A DNA stretch of 64,000 bases from an uncultured Clostridia bacterium (GCA_947627985.1 CANQYD010000003.1:24108-88107), one strand, 5' to 3'; shown: positions 25,098-33,916, counted from the first letter of the stretch. The notes: generated by a model not told the origin, from the sequence alone. Translations and numbers: made by a program.

Positions 25098-25904
25098 ATG
25101 TTAGACTGGTTAATCAATTTTGCAAACACCTACCTCGTTGACTTCGGCGTAAAGATCATCTTAGCGCTGCTTCTTCTGGTGATCGGCTTGAAGGTCGTCA
25201 AGGTCATCATCAAGAAAATCGGCAAGAGCAAGGGCTTTCTGAAGCTCGACACGAACATCGCGGCGCTGATACTCTCGGGTCTCAAGCTTGTTCTGAACAC
25301 GCTGATAATCATCATCGCGGTGCAGATCATCGGCGTTCCGTCGGCGACGGTCATCGCGGCTCTCGGCTCCTGCGGCTTGGCTATCGGTCTTGCCTTGCAG
25401 GGCGGGCTCTCAAATATCGCGGGCGGCGTGATGATCATGGTATTCAAGCCGTTCCACATCGGCGATTTCGTCTCGACATCGGCTGGAGACGGCACGGTCG
25501 AGGATATCGGGCTGTTTTACACGAAGCTCTGCACCATCGACAATCGGCTGATAAATATTCCGAACTCGGTGCTCTCGTCGTCCACCGTCACAAACCTCTC
25601 CGCAAAGCCGGTCAGAGGGCTTGATATCGAGGTCGCGGTCGCATACGGAAGCGATCTCGAAGCTGCAAAGAAGGCGCTTTTAGAGCTTGCCGACAGGAGT
25701 GAGCTGGTCCTTAAGGACCCGGCGCCGATGGCGTTCATCAACGAGCACAGGGAGTCGTCGGTCGTCGTCACGCTGAGGGTTTCGGTGAAGGGAAGCGATT
25801 ACTGGGCTGCGAGGTTTGAGCTGATGCAGAACTCGCTCAAGGCAGTCACCGACGCGGGCGTGACCATTCCGCTGCCGCAGCTTGATGTGCACATGAGAGG
25901 GTAG
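25098..25904 (+). CDS. Small-conductance mechanosensitive channel (MscS family)
   Basis: 268 aa; three N-terminal TM segments, FKPFHIGDFV, NIPNS motif. Confidence 0.85.
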   Translation: MLDWLINFANTYLVDFGVKIILALLLLVIGLKVVKVIIKKIGKSKGFLKLDTNIAALILSGLKLVLNTLIIIIAVQIIGVPSATVIAALGSCGLAIGLALQGGLSNIAGGVMIMVFKPFHIGDFVSTSAGDGTVEDIGLFYTKLCTIDNRLINIPNSVLSSSTVTNLSAKPVRGLDIEVAVAYGSDLEAAKKALLELADRSELVLKDPAPMAFINEHRESSVVVTLRVSVKGSDYWAARFELMQNSLKAVTDAGVTIPLPQLDVHMRG

Positions 25905-26320
25905 AAGTTAGAGAAGTAGAGGTTAGAGACTGCTGGCATCCTTCAGAGAGATAAGTCGAAAAGGTTTTGCCCCGCTTTTCCTCAAAAAGCGGGCGAGAGT
26001 CCAGAGGCGAGGAGCCTCTGGTCGCCCGTCGCAACGGGCGAAATCCCAAAGCAAGAGGACGGCGTAAGCCGTCGTCTTGCTTTTTATTATTCAAAAAGCG
26101 CAGGAGGGAGCATAAGCTGGTTTTGTTGCTGCTCGCACTTCGCAATCGTAAACGATTGATTGCTCGTGCTTGCAGACAAAACCCCGCGTATGCGGATGAA
26201 AACAGTCCGGTGGACTGTTTTCATCGGGGGAACCCTCGCCGGGGGTTCCCCCAACAAAAAACCGGCGACGAAGTCGCCCGAAGCCGAGCGAAGCGAGGCT
26301 CAAATGCCCCCTCTCCCTTA
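25902..26320 (+). repeat. Type I mosaic element (heptamer(rev)-E-D-C-B, truncated in F)
   Basis: E 25947-26090, D 26108-26195, C 26198-26255, B 26264-26278, GAGCGAAGCGAG 26286; ends in GCCCCCTCTCCCTTAG. Confidence 0.9.
26051..26086 (+). terminator. E4 hairpin = intrinsic terminator downstream of mscS
   Basis: GCAAGAGGACGGC-GTAA-GCCGTCGTCTTGC followed by TTTTT. Confidence 0.65.
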
Positions 26321-26329
26321 GACGGGGTG

Positions 26330-26516
26330 TCATAAGGAAGTCGAAACTAATTTTTTGAAGCGATGTGACTTCGGTCACGCCGTTTCTCTTTGCTTTTCCG
26401 CTTGCAAGAGCTCGTTTACGGGTATCCTCATAAATCTTGATGAATAGGCGGTCAAGTTCCGCGAGCCTCTTTTCATTTTGTGAGTTTTCGATTAGCATAC
26501 TTAATGATTTCAGCAC
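26330..26516 (-). pseudogene. Possible remnant of a large serine recombinase (DUF4368-like segment)
   Basis: Minus-strand translation ..EKRLAELDRLFIKIYED.. resembles the coiled-coil region of Tn-associated serine recombinases; no catalytic domain; ORF runs into the repeat. Confidence 0.25.
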
Positions 26517-26601
26517 TATTGAGCGACATTTTTGTCATAACCTGTCGAAATTAATTTTCACAAGCCGTAATTTTGCTCATTTCAATTATATCAATCTTTC
26601 C

Positions 26602-27759
26602 CTACATCACCCTGCGTATCCCGTCCAGCCTATTCAGCGCCTCATAAAGCGTCTCGTTTTTCTTTGCAAAATGCAGCCGGATCAGATTATTTACCGGCTC
26701 TCTGAAAAAGCTCGACCCCGGGACTGCGCCTACCCCCACCTTCTGCGCGAGGGCTTCGCAGAACTCCAAATCCGAATCATAGCCGAACTCCGAAATGTCC
26801 AAAAGGACGTAATATGCGCCCTGCGGGACGGTGTGCCTAAGACCGATGTCGTCAAGCCCTTTGAGGAACAGGTCGCGCTTCTCGGTGTATTTTTTCAGGA
26901 GGTCGCGGTAATAATCATCCTTAAATTTCAGACCCGTGACCGCAGCTTCCTGCAAGGGCGCTGCCGCTCCGACTGTCAGAAAATCGTGGACCTTTTTTGC
27001 GGTATCGACTACGTCTGCGGGCGCGATGATGTACCCGAGCCGCCAGCCGGTGATAGAATATGTCTTTGACAGCGATGAGCAGGAGATAGTGCGCTCCCAC
27101 ATTCCGGGCAGCGAGGCAAAATACACATGTTCGTTAGGCTCGTAAACTATATGCTCATAGACCTCGTCGGTGATGACGAATGCGTCGTATTTTTTCGCGA
27201 GATCGGCGATCAGCATAAGCTCATCTCTCGTGAACACCTTGCCGCAGGGGTTTGACGGGTTACAGAGTATAAGCGCCTTCGGGTGCTGCCGAAAAGCGTC
27301 CTCCAACACTTCGGGATCAAAGTTATATTCCGGAGGTATCAGCGGGACATATATCGGCTCTGCGCCCGAAAGGATCGCGTCGGCGCCGTAATTTTCATAA
27401 AACGGCGAGAAAACTATGACCTTGTCGCCGGGGTTTGTGACCGTCATCATCGCCGCCATCATCGCCTCGGTGCTGCCGCAGGTCACGACGATCTCGCTGT
27501 TCGGGTCGATTTTTCTGTCCATCAGCCGCGACTGCTTTACGGCAAGAGCTTCGCGGAAATTCTGCGCGCCCCAGGTTATCGAATACTGGTGAAAGTCCTC
27601 TTTCGTGACTTCGGCAAGCCGGTCGAGAATTTCCTTGGGCGGCTCAAAATCGGGAAAGCCTTGTGATAAATTCACCGCGCCGTATTTTAGGGATACTCTT
27701 GTCATGCGCCTGATCACCGAGTCGGTGAACGATTTGGTCCTCTTTGAAAGTTCAGGCAT
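26602..27759 (-). CDS. Class I aminotransferase of the YbdL/MtnE (methionine/2-oxo-acid) type
   Basis: 385 aa; NLSQGFPDF, NPSNPCGKVF, SLSKTYSITGWRLGY, LIRLHFAKK, all matching my recollection of E. coli YbdL. Confidence 0.8.
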   Translation of the reverse strand: MPELSKRTKSFTDSVIRRMTRVSLKYGAVNLSQGFPDFEPPKEILDRLAEVTKEDFHQYSITWGAQNFREALAVKQSRLMDRKIDPNSEIVVTCGSTEAMMAAMMTVTNPGDKVIVFSPFYENYGADAILSGAEPIYVPLIPPEYNFDPEVLEDAFRQHPKALILCNPSNPCGKVFTRDELMLIADLAKKYDAFVITDEVYEHIVYEPNEHVYFASLPGMWERTISCSSLSKTYSITGWRLGYIIAPADVVDTAKKVHDFLTVGAAAPLQEAAVTGLKFKDDYYRDLLKKYTEKRDLFLKGLDDIGLRHTVPQGAYYVLLDISEFGYDSDLEFCEALAQKVGVGAVPGSSFFREPVNNLIRLHFAKKNETLYEALNRLDGIRRVM

Positions 27760-29161
27760 TTTGCTCTCCTTTTGTCAGAATATAGGATTTTTGGTCGTTT
27801 AAAATATGCTCCGGGTCGAGGGCGTTTTTGATTTGATTCATGACATCAAGATTCTCACTCGCGGTCAAGCTGAGAAAATACCGACGTTTCGAGATTCCTA
27901 TGCCGTGCTCGCCCGAAGTTATGCCGCCAAGGCGGTAGGCTTCGCCGTAAATATTCTCCATATTTTCGGTCAGCTCACGCTTCCAGACCTCTTCGCTTCT
28001 TGAACCCCTCACCACGCAGAGATGGACGTTTCCGTCCCCGGCATGCCCGAAGCTTATCATCTGCATACCGCTCTCACGCTCGGCTTTATTAACAAATTTA
28101 ATAAATTCTGCGGTTTTATTTATCGGCACCACGATGTCCACCGGCTCCTGCTCCGAGACCGCTTCGACTGCCTTGACAAGCGCACCGCGAACCTTCCAGA
28201 TATCCGCGGCATAGACGGGGTCGTCCAAGGTTATGAAGTCCACAGCGCCCGTTTCGGAAGCCAGCTTTTGCACTCGTGCGAGGTTATTTTTCACTTCCGT
28301 TTCGTTGCCGTCGAGAGTCAGAAGAATGTAGGAGCCCGCGTCGGGTCGGGGGTATTTTATGCCGCAGAAATCCTCGCCCAGCTTTGCCACTTTTCTCTCG
28401 ATAAATTCAACGGCGGTAGGGTTTACGTTCGCTTTCAGAATCTTCAAAACGCTTGAAATCCCGCTGTCAAGATCGGGGTAGGGTATCAGCGCGCTGATCG
28501 AAAATTCCGGCTTCGGTATCAGCTTCAGAATGCATTTTGTGATGACGCAAAGCGTTCCCTCGGAGCCGATGAACAGGTTTTTAAGGGACAATCCGCTCGC
28601 GTCCTTGACGTTTTTGCCGCCGACGTTTAAGACCCTGCCGTCTGCCATTACGACCTCAAGTCCGCGTACATAATCCCGAGTGACGCCGTACTTTACCGCT
28701 CTCATTCCACCGGCGTTGGTGCTGATGTTGCCGCCGATAGACGACTCCTTTTCCCCAGGATCGGGAGGATAGAAAAGCCCCTTTTCCTCGACATAGCTCT
28801 GCAAATCGCAAAGCAGAATTCCCGGCTCTGCCGTAACGGTCATGGTATCATAATCGAGCTCCAAAATGCGATTCATATGGGAAAAATCAAGGATGACCCC
28901 GCCGTTTAAGGGTACAGTTGAGCCTACAAGATTTGTGCCTGCGCCCCTCGGAGTTACGGCGATTTTATGGGCGTTCGCATATTTTAAAATCTCGCTGACC
29001 TCATCTGCGGATTTCACAAATACCAGCGCAGCCGCTTCTCCCCGAAGCCGTCCCAAGGTATCGCTTAAGTACTTGTCCTCGATATTCTCGGTTATAACGC
29101 GGCTCCGATCTATGATTATCTCATACAGCCAATCCATTAAAATCGTCCTCACTTTGTCCAC
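27752..29161 (-). CDS. FAD-linked oxidase (GlcD / D-2-hydroxyacid dehydrogenase family)
   Basis: 469 aa; VTPRGAGTNLVGSTVP FAD-binding motif, GGNISTNAGG, HAGDGNVH, GEHGIG. Confidence 0.85.
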   Translation of the reverse strand: MDKVRTILMDWLYEIIIDRSRVITENIEDKYLSDTLGRLRGEAAALVFVKSADEVSEILKYANAHKIAVTPRGAGTNLVGSTVPLNGGVILDFSHMNRILELDYDTMTVTAEPGILLCDLQSYVEEKGLFYPPDPGEKESSIGGNISTNAGGMRAVKYGVTRDYVRGLEVVMADGRVLNVGGKNVKDASGLSLKNLFIGSEGTLCVITKCILKLIPKPEFSISALIPYPDLDSGISSVLKILKANVNPTAVEFIERKVAKLGEDFCGIKYPRPDAGSYILLTLDGNETEVKNNLARVQKLASETGAVDFITLDDPVYAADIWKVRGALVKAVEAVSEQEPVDIVVPINKTAEFIKFVNKAERESGMQMISFGHAGDGNVHLCVVRGSRSEEVWKRELTENMENIYGEAYRLGGITSGEHGIGISKRRYFLSLTASENLDVMNQIKNALDPEHILNDQKSYILTKGEQNA

Positions 29162-29964
29162 GCCGGAACGAAGAAGCCCTTGTAGTTTTCCTCAAAGAAA
29201 TCGGCGGTCTCGTCCGAGCAGAAAGCCACGGCGACTTTTTTGTAGGTCTCGTTGTCGATATCTTCCGAGCGGACCGCTATCACGCAGACGAAGCTGTTAT
29301 CGTCAGGGTCGGGATTTTCATAGAAGATCGCGGTGCCGGGGTCTACGCCGTAACTTGCCGCATAGTTTCCGTTGACGACCGCCGCCGCAATCTCGCTGTC
29401 GCTGACATACTGATATGTCATGCTCGCGTTGACCTCTACAAGCTCAACTTTTGATGTTTCAATATCGGTGGAGGTGGGAGTGGAGCCGGAGCCGTCTTTT
29501 AGGGTCAGAAGTCCCGCGTCGCGAAGCAAAAGAAGCGCTCTGCCGTAGTTTGTGGCGTCATTCGGAACGGCTACCTTGCCGCCCTCGGGAATTTCCTCGG
29601 GGGTTTTATACTGCGACGAGAAAAGGTTCATGGCTATCGTGAAAGTATCGCTTAAAATCGCGATGTCATAGCCGTTTGTCGCCTTGTCGTTTTCAAAATA
29701 TGCATGGTGCTGGAAGGCGTTCATCTCGATATCCCCGCTGTCAAGAGCATTGTTGGGAAGAGCAAAATCGGAGAACTGCACAAGTTCCACGGTTATCCCC
29801 TCGTCGGCAAGCTTTGCAATAGTCGGCGCCCAGAGGTCCTCATAAACCGCGCCGGTGACGCCGAGACGAACAACCGATTCCTCCTTGCTTCCGCAGCCGG
29901 AGAGCAGGGTCAGCAGGAGGGTGAAAGTAAGTAAAAGTGCGATAATTTTTTTGAAGTTTTTCAT
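29149..29964 (-). CDS. metQ: MetQ/NlpA-family lipoprotein (methionine ABC transporter substrate-binding)
   Basis: ORF to 29982. ATG 29964 preferred (AAAGGA upstream; gives MKNFKKIIALLLTFTLLLTLLSGC lipobox). 29982 is an alternative start. Confidence 0.8.
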   Translation of the reverse strand: MKNFKKIIALLLTFTLLLTLLSGCGSKEESVVRLGVTGAVYEDLWAPTIAKLADEGITVELVQFSDFALPNNALDSGDIEMNAFQHHAYFENDKATNGYDIAILSDTFTIAMNLFSSQYKTPEEIPEGGKVAVPNDATNYGRALLLLRDAGLLTLKDGSGSTPTSTDIETSKVELVEVNASMTYQYVSDSEIAAAVVNGNYAASYGVDPGTAIFYENPDPDDNSFVCVIAVRSEDIDNETYKKVAVAFCSDETADFFEENYKGFFVPAWTK

Positions 29965-29994
29965 GGTAAAAAATCCTTTCATAATTTAAATTTA

Positions 29995-30675
29995 TCAGTG
30001 AGTTGCCTTTTTAGCAATAAGCCCGCCGATACACTGAATGACGGTCACGATGACGACTATTGCCAAGACCGATACCCATATCACGTCGGTGTGACCGTAG
30101 TTGTAGCCCCAGGTTATCGCGTAATCCCCGAGCCCGCCGGCTCCGACATAGCCAGCCATCGCCGTGAGACCGATTAGGTTTATCAGGGTGATGGTCGTGC
30201 CCCGCGAAAGTGCGGCGACGCTCTCATGAAGATATACCGTAAATATTATATTTATCGGGCTTTTTCCCATCGATTCCGCGGCTTCTATAAGACCCGGATC
30301 GACCCCGGCAAGAGCCGTCTCGACCTGCCTCGCAAAGAAGAAAACCGATGCCGCGACCAAAGGCACGATAACCCCTCTTACGCCGATTTTAGTGCCCATT
30401 ATCGCCTTTGTGACGGGAAGCAGAATCGCGATGAATATTACAAAGGGTATCGAGCGAAAAAGATTAACCAATTTATCGAGTATCTGATGCACCGCCCTTT
30501 GCTTAAGTATTCCGCCGTCGCGGGTGACGGTCAGAATCACCCCGAAAAACAGCCCGAGAACGAACATGATACATCCGCTCCACGCGGTCATCTCAAGCGT
30601 TGCCAAAACGCTGTCCCAGAACCTTTCCGGGTCTGCCATGACGTTCGGCATGATTTTTTCAAGCGCTTCGCTCAT
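29995..30675 (-). CDS. metI: Methionine ABC transporter permease
   Basis: 226 aa, 5 TM, EAAESMG.. EAA loop; overlaps metN stop. Confidence 0.85.
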   Translation of the reverse strand: MSEALEKIMPNVMADPERFWDSVLATLEMTAWSGCIMFVLGLFFGVILTVTRDGGILKQRAVHQILDKLVNLFRSIPFVIFIAILLPVTKAIMGTKIGVRGVIVPLVAASVFFFARQVETALAGVDPGLIEAAESMGKSPINIIFTVYLHESVAALSRGTTITLINLIGLTAMAGYVGAGGLGDYAITWGYNYGHTDVIWVSVLAIVVIVTVIQCIGGLIAKKATH

Positions 30676-31702
30676 CTTTAATCACCTCCACAAAGACGTT
30701 TTTTTCAATTAAATATTGAATTGCCTGCGTGATTTTTTCCCGCTCGCCGCTGAATATCCCGACGGTGCCGCCGATGGGCGAGCCCTGTATAAAATCAATA
30801 TCCGCAAAAATCACGTTTAAAACTATGCCGAATTTTTGGGATATCGTCGAAATAAGCGGCTCTGAAACGCTTCGCTCGGTATATGACAGCTTCGCGATTA
30901 TCTCCCCCGGCTTTAAGGCTATAGCCGGAGAGTTTTCGGCTATCAGCTCGTGTATTTTTTTAAGATTTGACGTCGTCGCGATGAATGCCTTTGTCAGCGG
31001 CTCTTTTGGGTTGGCAAAGACCGAAAACGTCTCGCCCTGCTCGATCACTTTTCCGTGATCCATGACAGCGACCCGGTCGCAAAGCTCCTTTACCACCGCC
31101 ATTTCATGCGTGATGACTACCGTGGTAATCCCGAGCACTTGGTTAAGCTTCTTTAATAAATTCAGAATCTGCTTTGTCGTCTGCGGATCAAGCGCCGAGG
31201 TGGATTCGTCGCAGAGAAGTATTTTCGGGTCATTCGCCAAAGCCCTTGCTATCGCGACCCGCTGCTTCTGACCTCCGGAAAGCTGGGAGGGATAGGCGGT
31301 CTCTTTATCCGCCATTTCAACGGTCTTCAGCAGCTCCCTGACCTTTTCTCTTATTTCATTTTTCGACTTCCCGCTGCCCTTGAGCGCGTATGCCACGTTG
31401 TCAAAAACATTTCTCGACGGCATGAGGTTGAAATGCTGAAAAATCATACCGATCTTCTTGCGCGCCGACCGCAATTCCCGTGCGGATATTTTTGTGATAT
31501 CCTGTCCGTCGATCAAAACCTCTCCCGAAGTCGGGCGCTCCAAAAGGTTTATGCAGCGCACCAGAGTCGATTTTCCGGCTCCCGAGAATCCTATAATCCC
31601 GAAAATTTCGCCGTCGCGGATAGTCAGGCTGACGTTACTTACGGCGTGCACGTCGCTCTTTTCGCCTTTAAAAACCTTGCTGACATTTTTTATCTCTATC
31701 AA
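30659..31702 (-). CDS. metN: Methionine ABC transporter ATP-binding protein with C-terminal NIL domain
   Basis: TTG start; GFSGAGKST Walker A, LSGGQKQRVAIARAL, LLCDE; C-terminal NIL-type regulatory domain. Confidence 0.85.
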   Translation of the reverse strand: MIEIKNVSKVFKGEKSDVHAVSNVSLTIRDGEIFGIIGFSGAGKSTLVRCINLLERPTSGEVLIDGQDITKISARELRSARKKIGMIFQHFNLMPSRNVFDNVAYALKGSGKSKNEIREKVRELLKTVEMADKETAYPSQLSGGQKQRVAIARALANDPKILLCDESTSALDPQTTKQILNLLKKLNQVLGITTVVITHEMAVVKELCDRVAVMDHGKVIEQGETFSVFANPKEPLTKAFIATTSNLKKIHELIAENSPAIALKPGEIIAKLSYTERSVSEPLISTISQKFGIVLNVIFADIDFIQGSPIGGTVGIFSGEREKITQAIQYLIEKNVFVEVIKDERSA

Positions 31703-31741
31703 GTGAACACTTCTCTCATTTTGAATTATATATTTTCCCTC

Positions 31742-31770
31742 TTGAAAACCTATAAAATATATGTTATAAT
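31742..31770 (+). promoter_or_regulatory. Promoter of Rrf2 regulator gene
   Basis: TTGAAA 31742-31747, 17-nt spacer, TATAAT 31765-31770. Confidence 0.7.
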
Positions 31771-31801
31771 TAGGTTATGAACATAAAAGGAGGAAGATAG
31801 C

Positions 31802-32236
31802 ATGAAAATATCCACAAAAGGTCGCTACGCTCTGCGTATGCTTTTCGATCTGGCTGAGCACCGCAGCGAGGGCTATATCGCGCTCAAGGACATCGCCGAG
31901 CGCCAGGGAATATCCAAAAAATACCTCGAGCAGATCGTGCCCGTCCTCAACCGGTCGGACATTCTGAAAACCAACCGCGGCTATCAGGGCGGGTACATGC
32001 TCGCGAAGGACCCGTCGCAGTACACGGTCGGGGAAATACTCCGTCTGACCGAGGGAAGCCTCGCACCGGTTTTTTGTGCCGAGTGCCCGGGGGATTGCAA
32101 GCGAAGCGCCGATTGCCCGACGTTTCCGGTCTGGCAGGGGCTTTACCGGGTGACGAACGAGTACCTCGACGGGATCACGCTTCAGGACATTTTGGACGAC
32201 CACCAAAAGCGCGCCGCGGACAATTACATCATCTGA
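31802..32236 (+). CDS. Rrf2-family transcriptional regulator (CymR/IscR-like, Cys-containing)
   Basis: MKISTKGRYALRMLFDLA; three-Cys cluster region CAECPGDCKRSADC. Confidence 0.85.
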   Translation: MKISTKGRYALRMLFDLAEHRSEGYIALKDIAERQGISKKYLEQIVPVLNRSDILKTNRGYQGGYMLAKDPSQYTVGEILRLTEGSLAPVFCAECPGDCKRSADCPTFPVWQGLYRVTNEYLDGITLQDILDDHQKRAADNYII

Positions 32237-32505
32237 TTTTGGGGGATAGCGCTGCATTTTCCAATTTTCGGAATGTGATGAATTTTCAGAATTTGTACGA
32301 CTTCTTGAAAATCGTTTTTTAACGCAGATTGATATATTATCATATATATCTTTTTCTTTATATATATCTATAAAGCCTTTATTATAGCCATATATTATTA
32401 TCTTAAAAAGATTGTTCAAATAATTTGTGTTGATAATTTATAATATTTCTCAAAATCACGATTACCCTGTAAATTCTGAAAATTCTGCATATTCCGGAAT
32501 ATGGT

Positions 32506-32601
32506 AATTCAGAGGATAGAGAGTCGGAAGATAGAGGATCAAATATTTTTATCCAAGTTTTCCAAATTCTATCTTCTACCCTCTATCCTCTAACTTCTAT
32601 T
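32506..32601. repeat. Inverted pair of heptamer arrays
   Basis: 32506-32534 (complement orientation: ..GGATAGA..AGATAGA) and 32567-32601 (TCTATCT TCTACCC TCTATCC TCTAACT TCTATTC); the latter overlaps the cysK stop. Confidence 0.7.
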
Positions 32602-33526
32602 CCGCGAACATCGGGGTGGAGAGATATCTCTCGCCGGTATCAGGCAGAAGCGCGACGATTATCTTCCCCTTATTCTCGGGGCGCTTGGCAAGCTGCGTTG
32701 CGGCATAAACTGCGGCGCCCGATGAAATGCCGACCAAAAGCCCCTCTTTGCGCGCCAAAGTGCGACCCGTCTCGAATGCTTCCTCGTTCTCGACGGTTAT
32801 TATCTCGTCGTAAACGCCTGTGTTCAGCGTGTCCGGCACAAACCCCGCGCCGATTCCCTGAATTTTATGCGGACCGGACACACCCTTTGAAAGGACCGGG
32901 GAGCCTGCCGGCTCGACAGCGACGACCTTTATATTCGGATTTTTGGACTTGAGATATTCTCCCACGCCGGTCACGGTGCCGCCGGTTCCCACGCCCGCAA
33001 CGAAAATGTCAACCTTTCCATCGGTGTCCTCCCAAATCTCGGGACCGGTGGTTTTTCTGTGGATATCGGAATTCGCGGGGTTGGTAAACTGGCTCGGGAT
33101 AAAGCTGTTCGGGGTTGCCTCGGCGAGCTCCTGAGCCTTTGCAATCGCGCCCTTCATTCCCTTTGCGCCATCGGTCAAGACAAGCTCCGCGCCGTATGCC
33201 TTAAGAAGATTTCTGCGCTCAATGCTCATCGTCTCGGGCATCGTGAGGATGATTTTATATCCCCTCGCCGCAGCCACTGCCGAAAGCCCAATCCCGGTGT
33301 TGCCGCTGGTCGGCTCAATGATGACCGAATCCGGCTTCAAAAGTCCCTTTGCCTCGGCGTCGTCGATCATCGCCCGGGCGATCCTGTCCTTGACGCTCCC
33401 GGCGGGGTTGAAATACTCAAGTTTGCCGTAAACCGTCGCGCCTAAATTCTTTTCTTTGATGTAGTTTGTGAGCTTTAAAAGCGGCGTTCTGCCGATAAGG
33501 TCGGTGATTCTATCGTATGTTTTCAT
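32597..33526 (-). CDS. cysK: Cysteine synthase A (O-acetylserine sulfhydrylase)
   Basis: ORF to 33595 trimmed to ATG 33526 (AAAGGAG upstream); [29 protein letters not shown]. Confidence 0.9.
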   Translation of the reverse strand: MKTYDRITDLIGRTPLLKLTNYIKEKNLGATVYGKLEYFNPAGSVKDRIARAMIDDAEAKGLLKPDSVIIEPTSGNTGIGLSAVAAARGYKIILTMPETMSIERRNLLKAYGAELVLTDGAKGMKGAIAKAQELAEATPNSFIPSQFTNPANSDIHRKTTGPEIWEDTDGKVDIFVAGVGTGGTVTGVGEYLKSKNPNIKVVAVEPAGSPVLSKGVSGPHKIQGIGAGFVPDTLNTGVYDEIITVENEEAFETGRTLARKEGLLVGISSGAAVYAATQLAKRPENKGKIIVALLPDTGERYLSTPMFAE

Positions 33527-33657
33527 AAGTTTTGCTCCTTTCAAAATTGCGCAATATTTGTTAATAATTGATTGTAATACCGTTCGCGGCGACATCGTTT
33601 GAAGATCATCATAATGTGCTCCTCCAAAAGCATATATAGCCTATTGATTATATAGGC

Positions 33658-33686
33658 ATTATATCACCGCGCGCCCCGTATGTCAA
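33658..33686 (-). promoter_or_regulatory. Promoter of cysK
   Basis: Minus strand TTGACA (33686-33681), 17-nt spacer, TATAAT (33663-33658); palindrome GCCTAT-N7-ATAGGC at 33639-33657 immediately downstream. Confidence 0.75.
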
Positions 33687-33722
33687 TATCAAAAATAAAA
33701 ATCCGCTTTTTTAACAGTTACT

Positions 33723-33751
33723 ATTGACAATGGCGGGGTAAATATGTATAA
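33723..33751 (+). promoter_or_regulatory. Consensus promoter in front of a truncated gene
   Basis: TTGACA 33723-33728, 17-nt spacer, TATAAT 33746-33751. Confidence 0.7.
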
Positions 33752-33805
33752 TACATATAATGCCGATAGGTTTAATATTAAGGCTAAAAAGGAGACGTGA
33801 TAAAA

Positions 33806-33916
33806 ATGTCAAAAAATTTAACGAGAGACGAAGCGTGGGAGCTTTTGCAAAAGTGGAATCAGGAGCCGTTTCATCTTAAACACGCGGTTACGGTATCATA
33901 CCTCGTTAAATCCTGA
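33806..33916 (+). pseudogene. Truncated 5' fragment of an HD-domain phosphohydrolase gene (36 codons)
   Basis: GGAG RBS then MSKNLTRDEAWELLQKWNQEPFHLKHAVTV.. (typical HD/HDIG N-terminus), followed by an early stop. Confidence 0.5.

Noticed and set aside
31703-31801. S-box (SAM) riboswitch or T-box upstream of metN
   Set aside because: Only 99 bp separate metN from the divergent Rrf2 gene, and it contains none of the S-box or T-box conserved segments.
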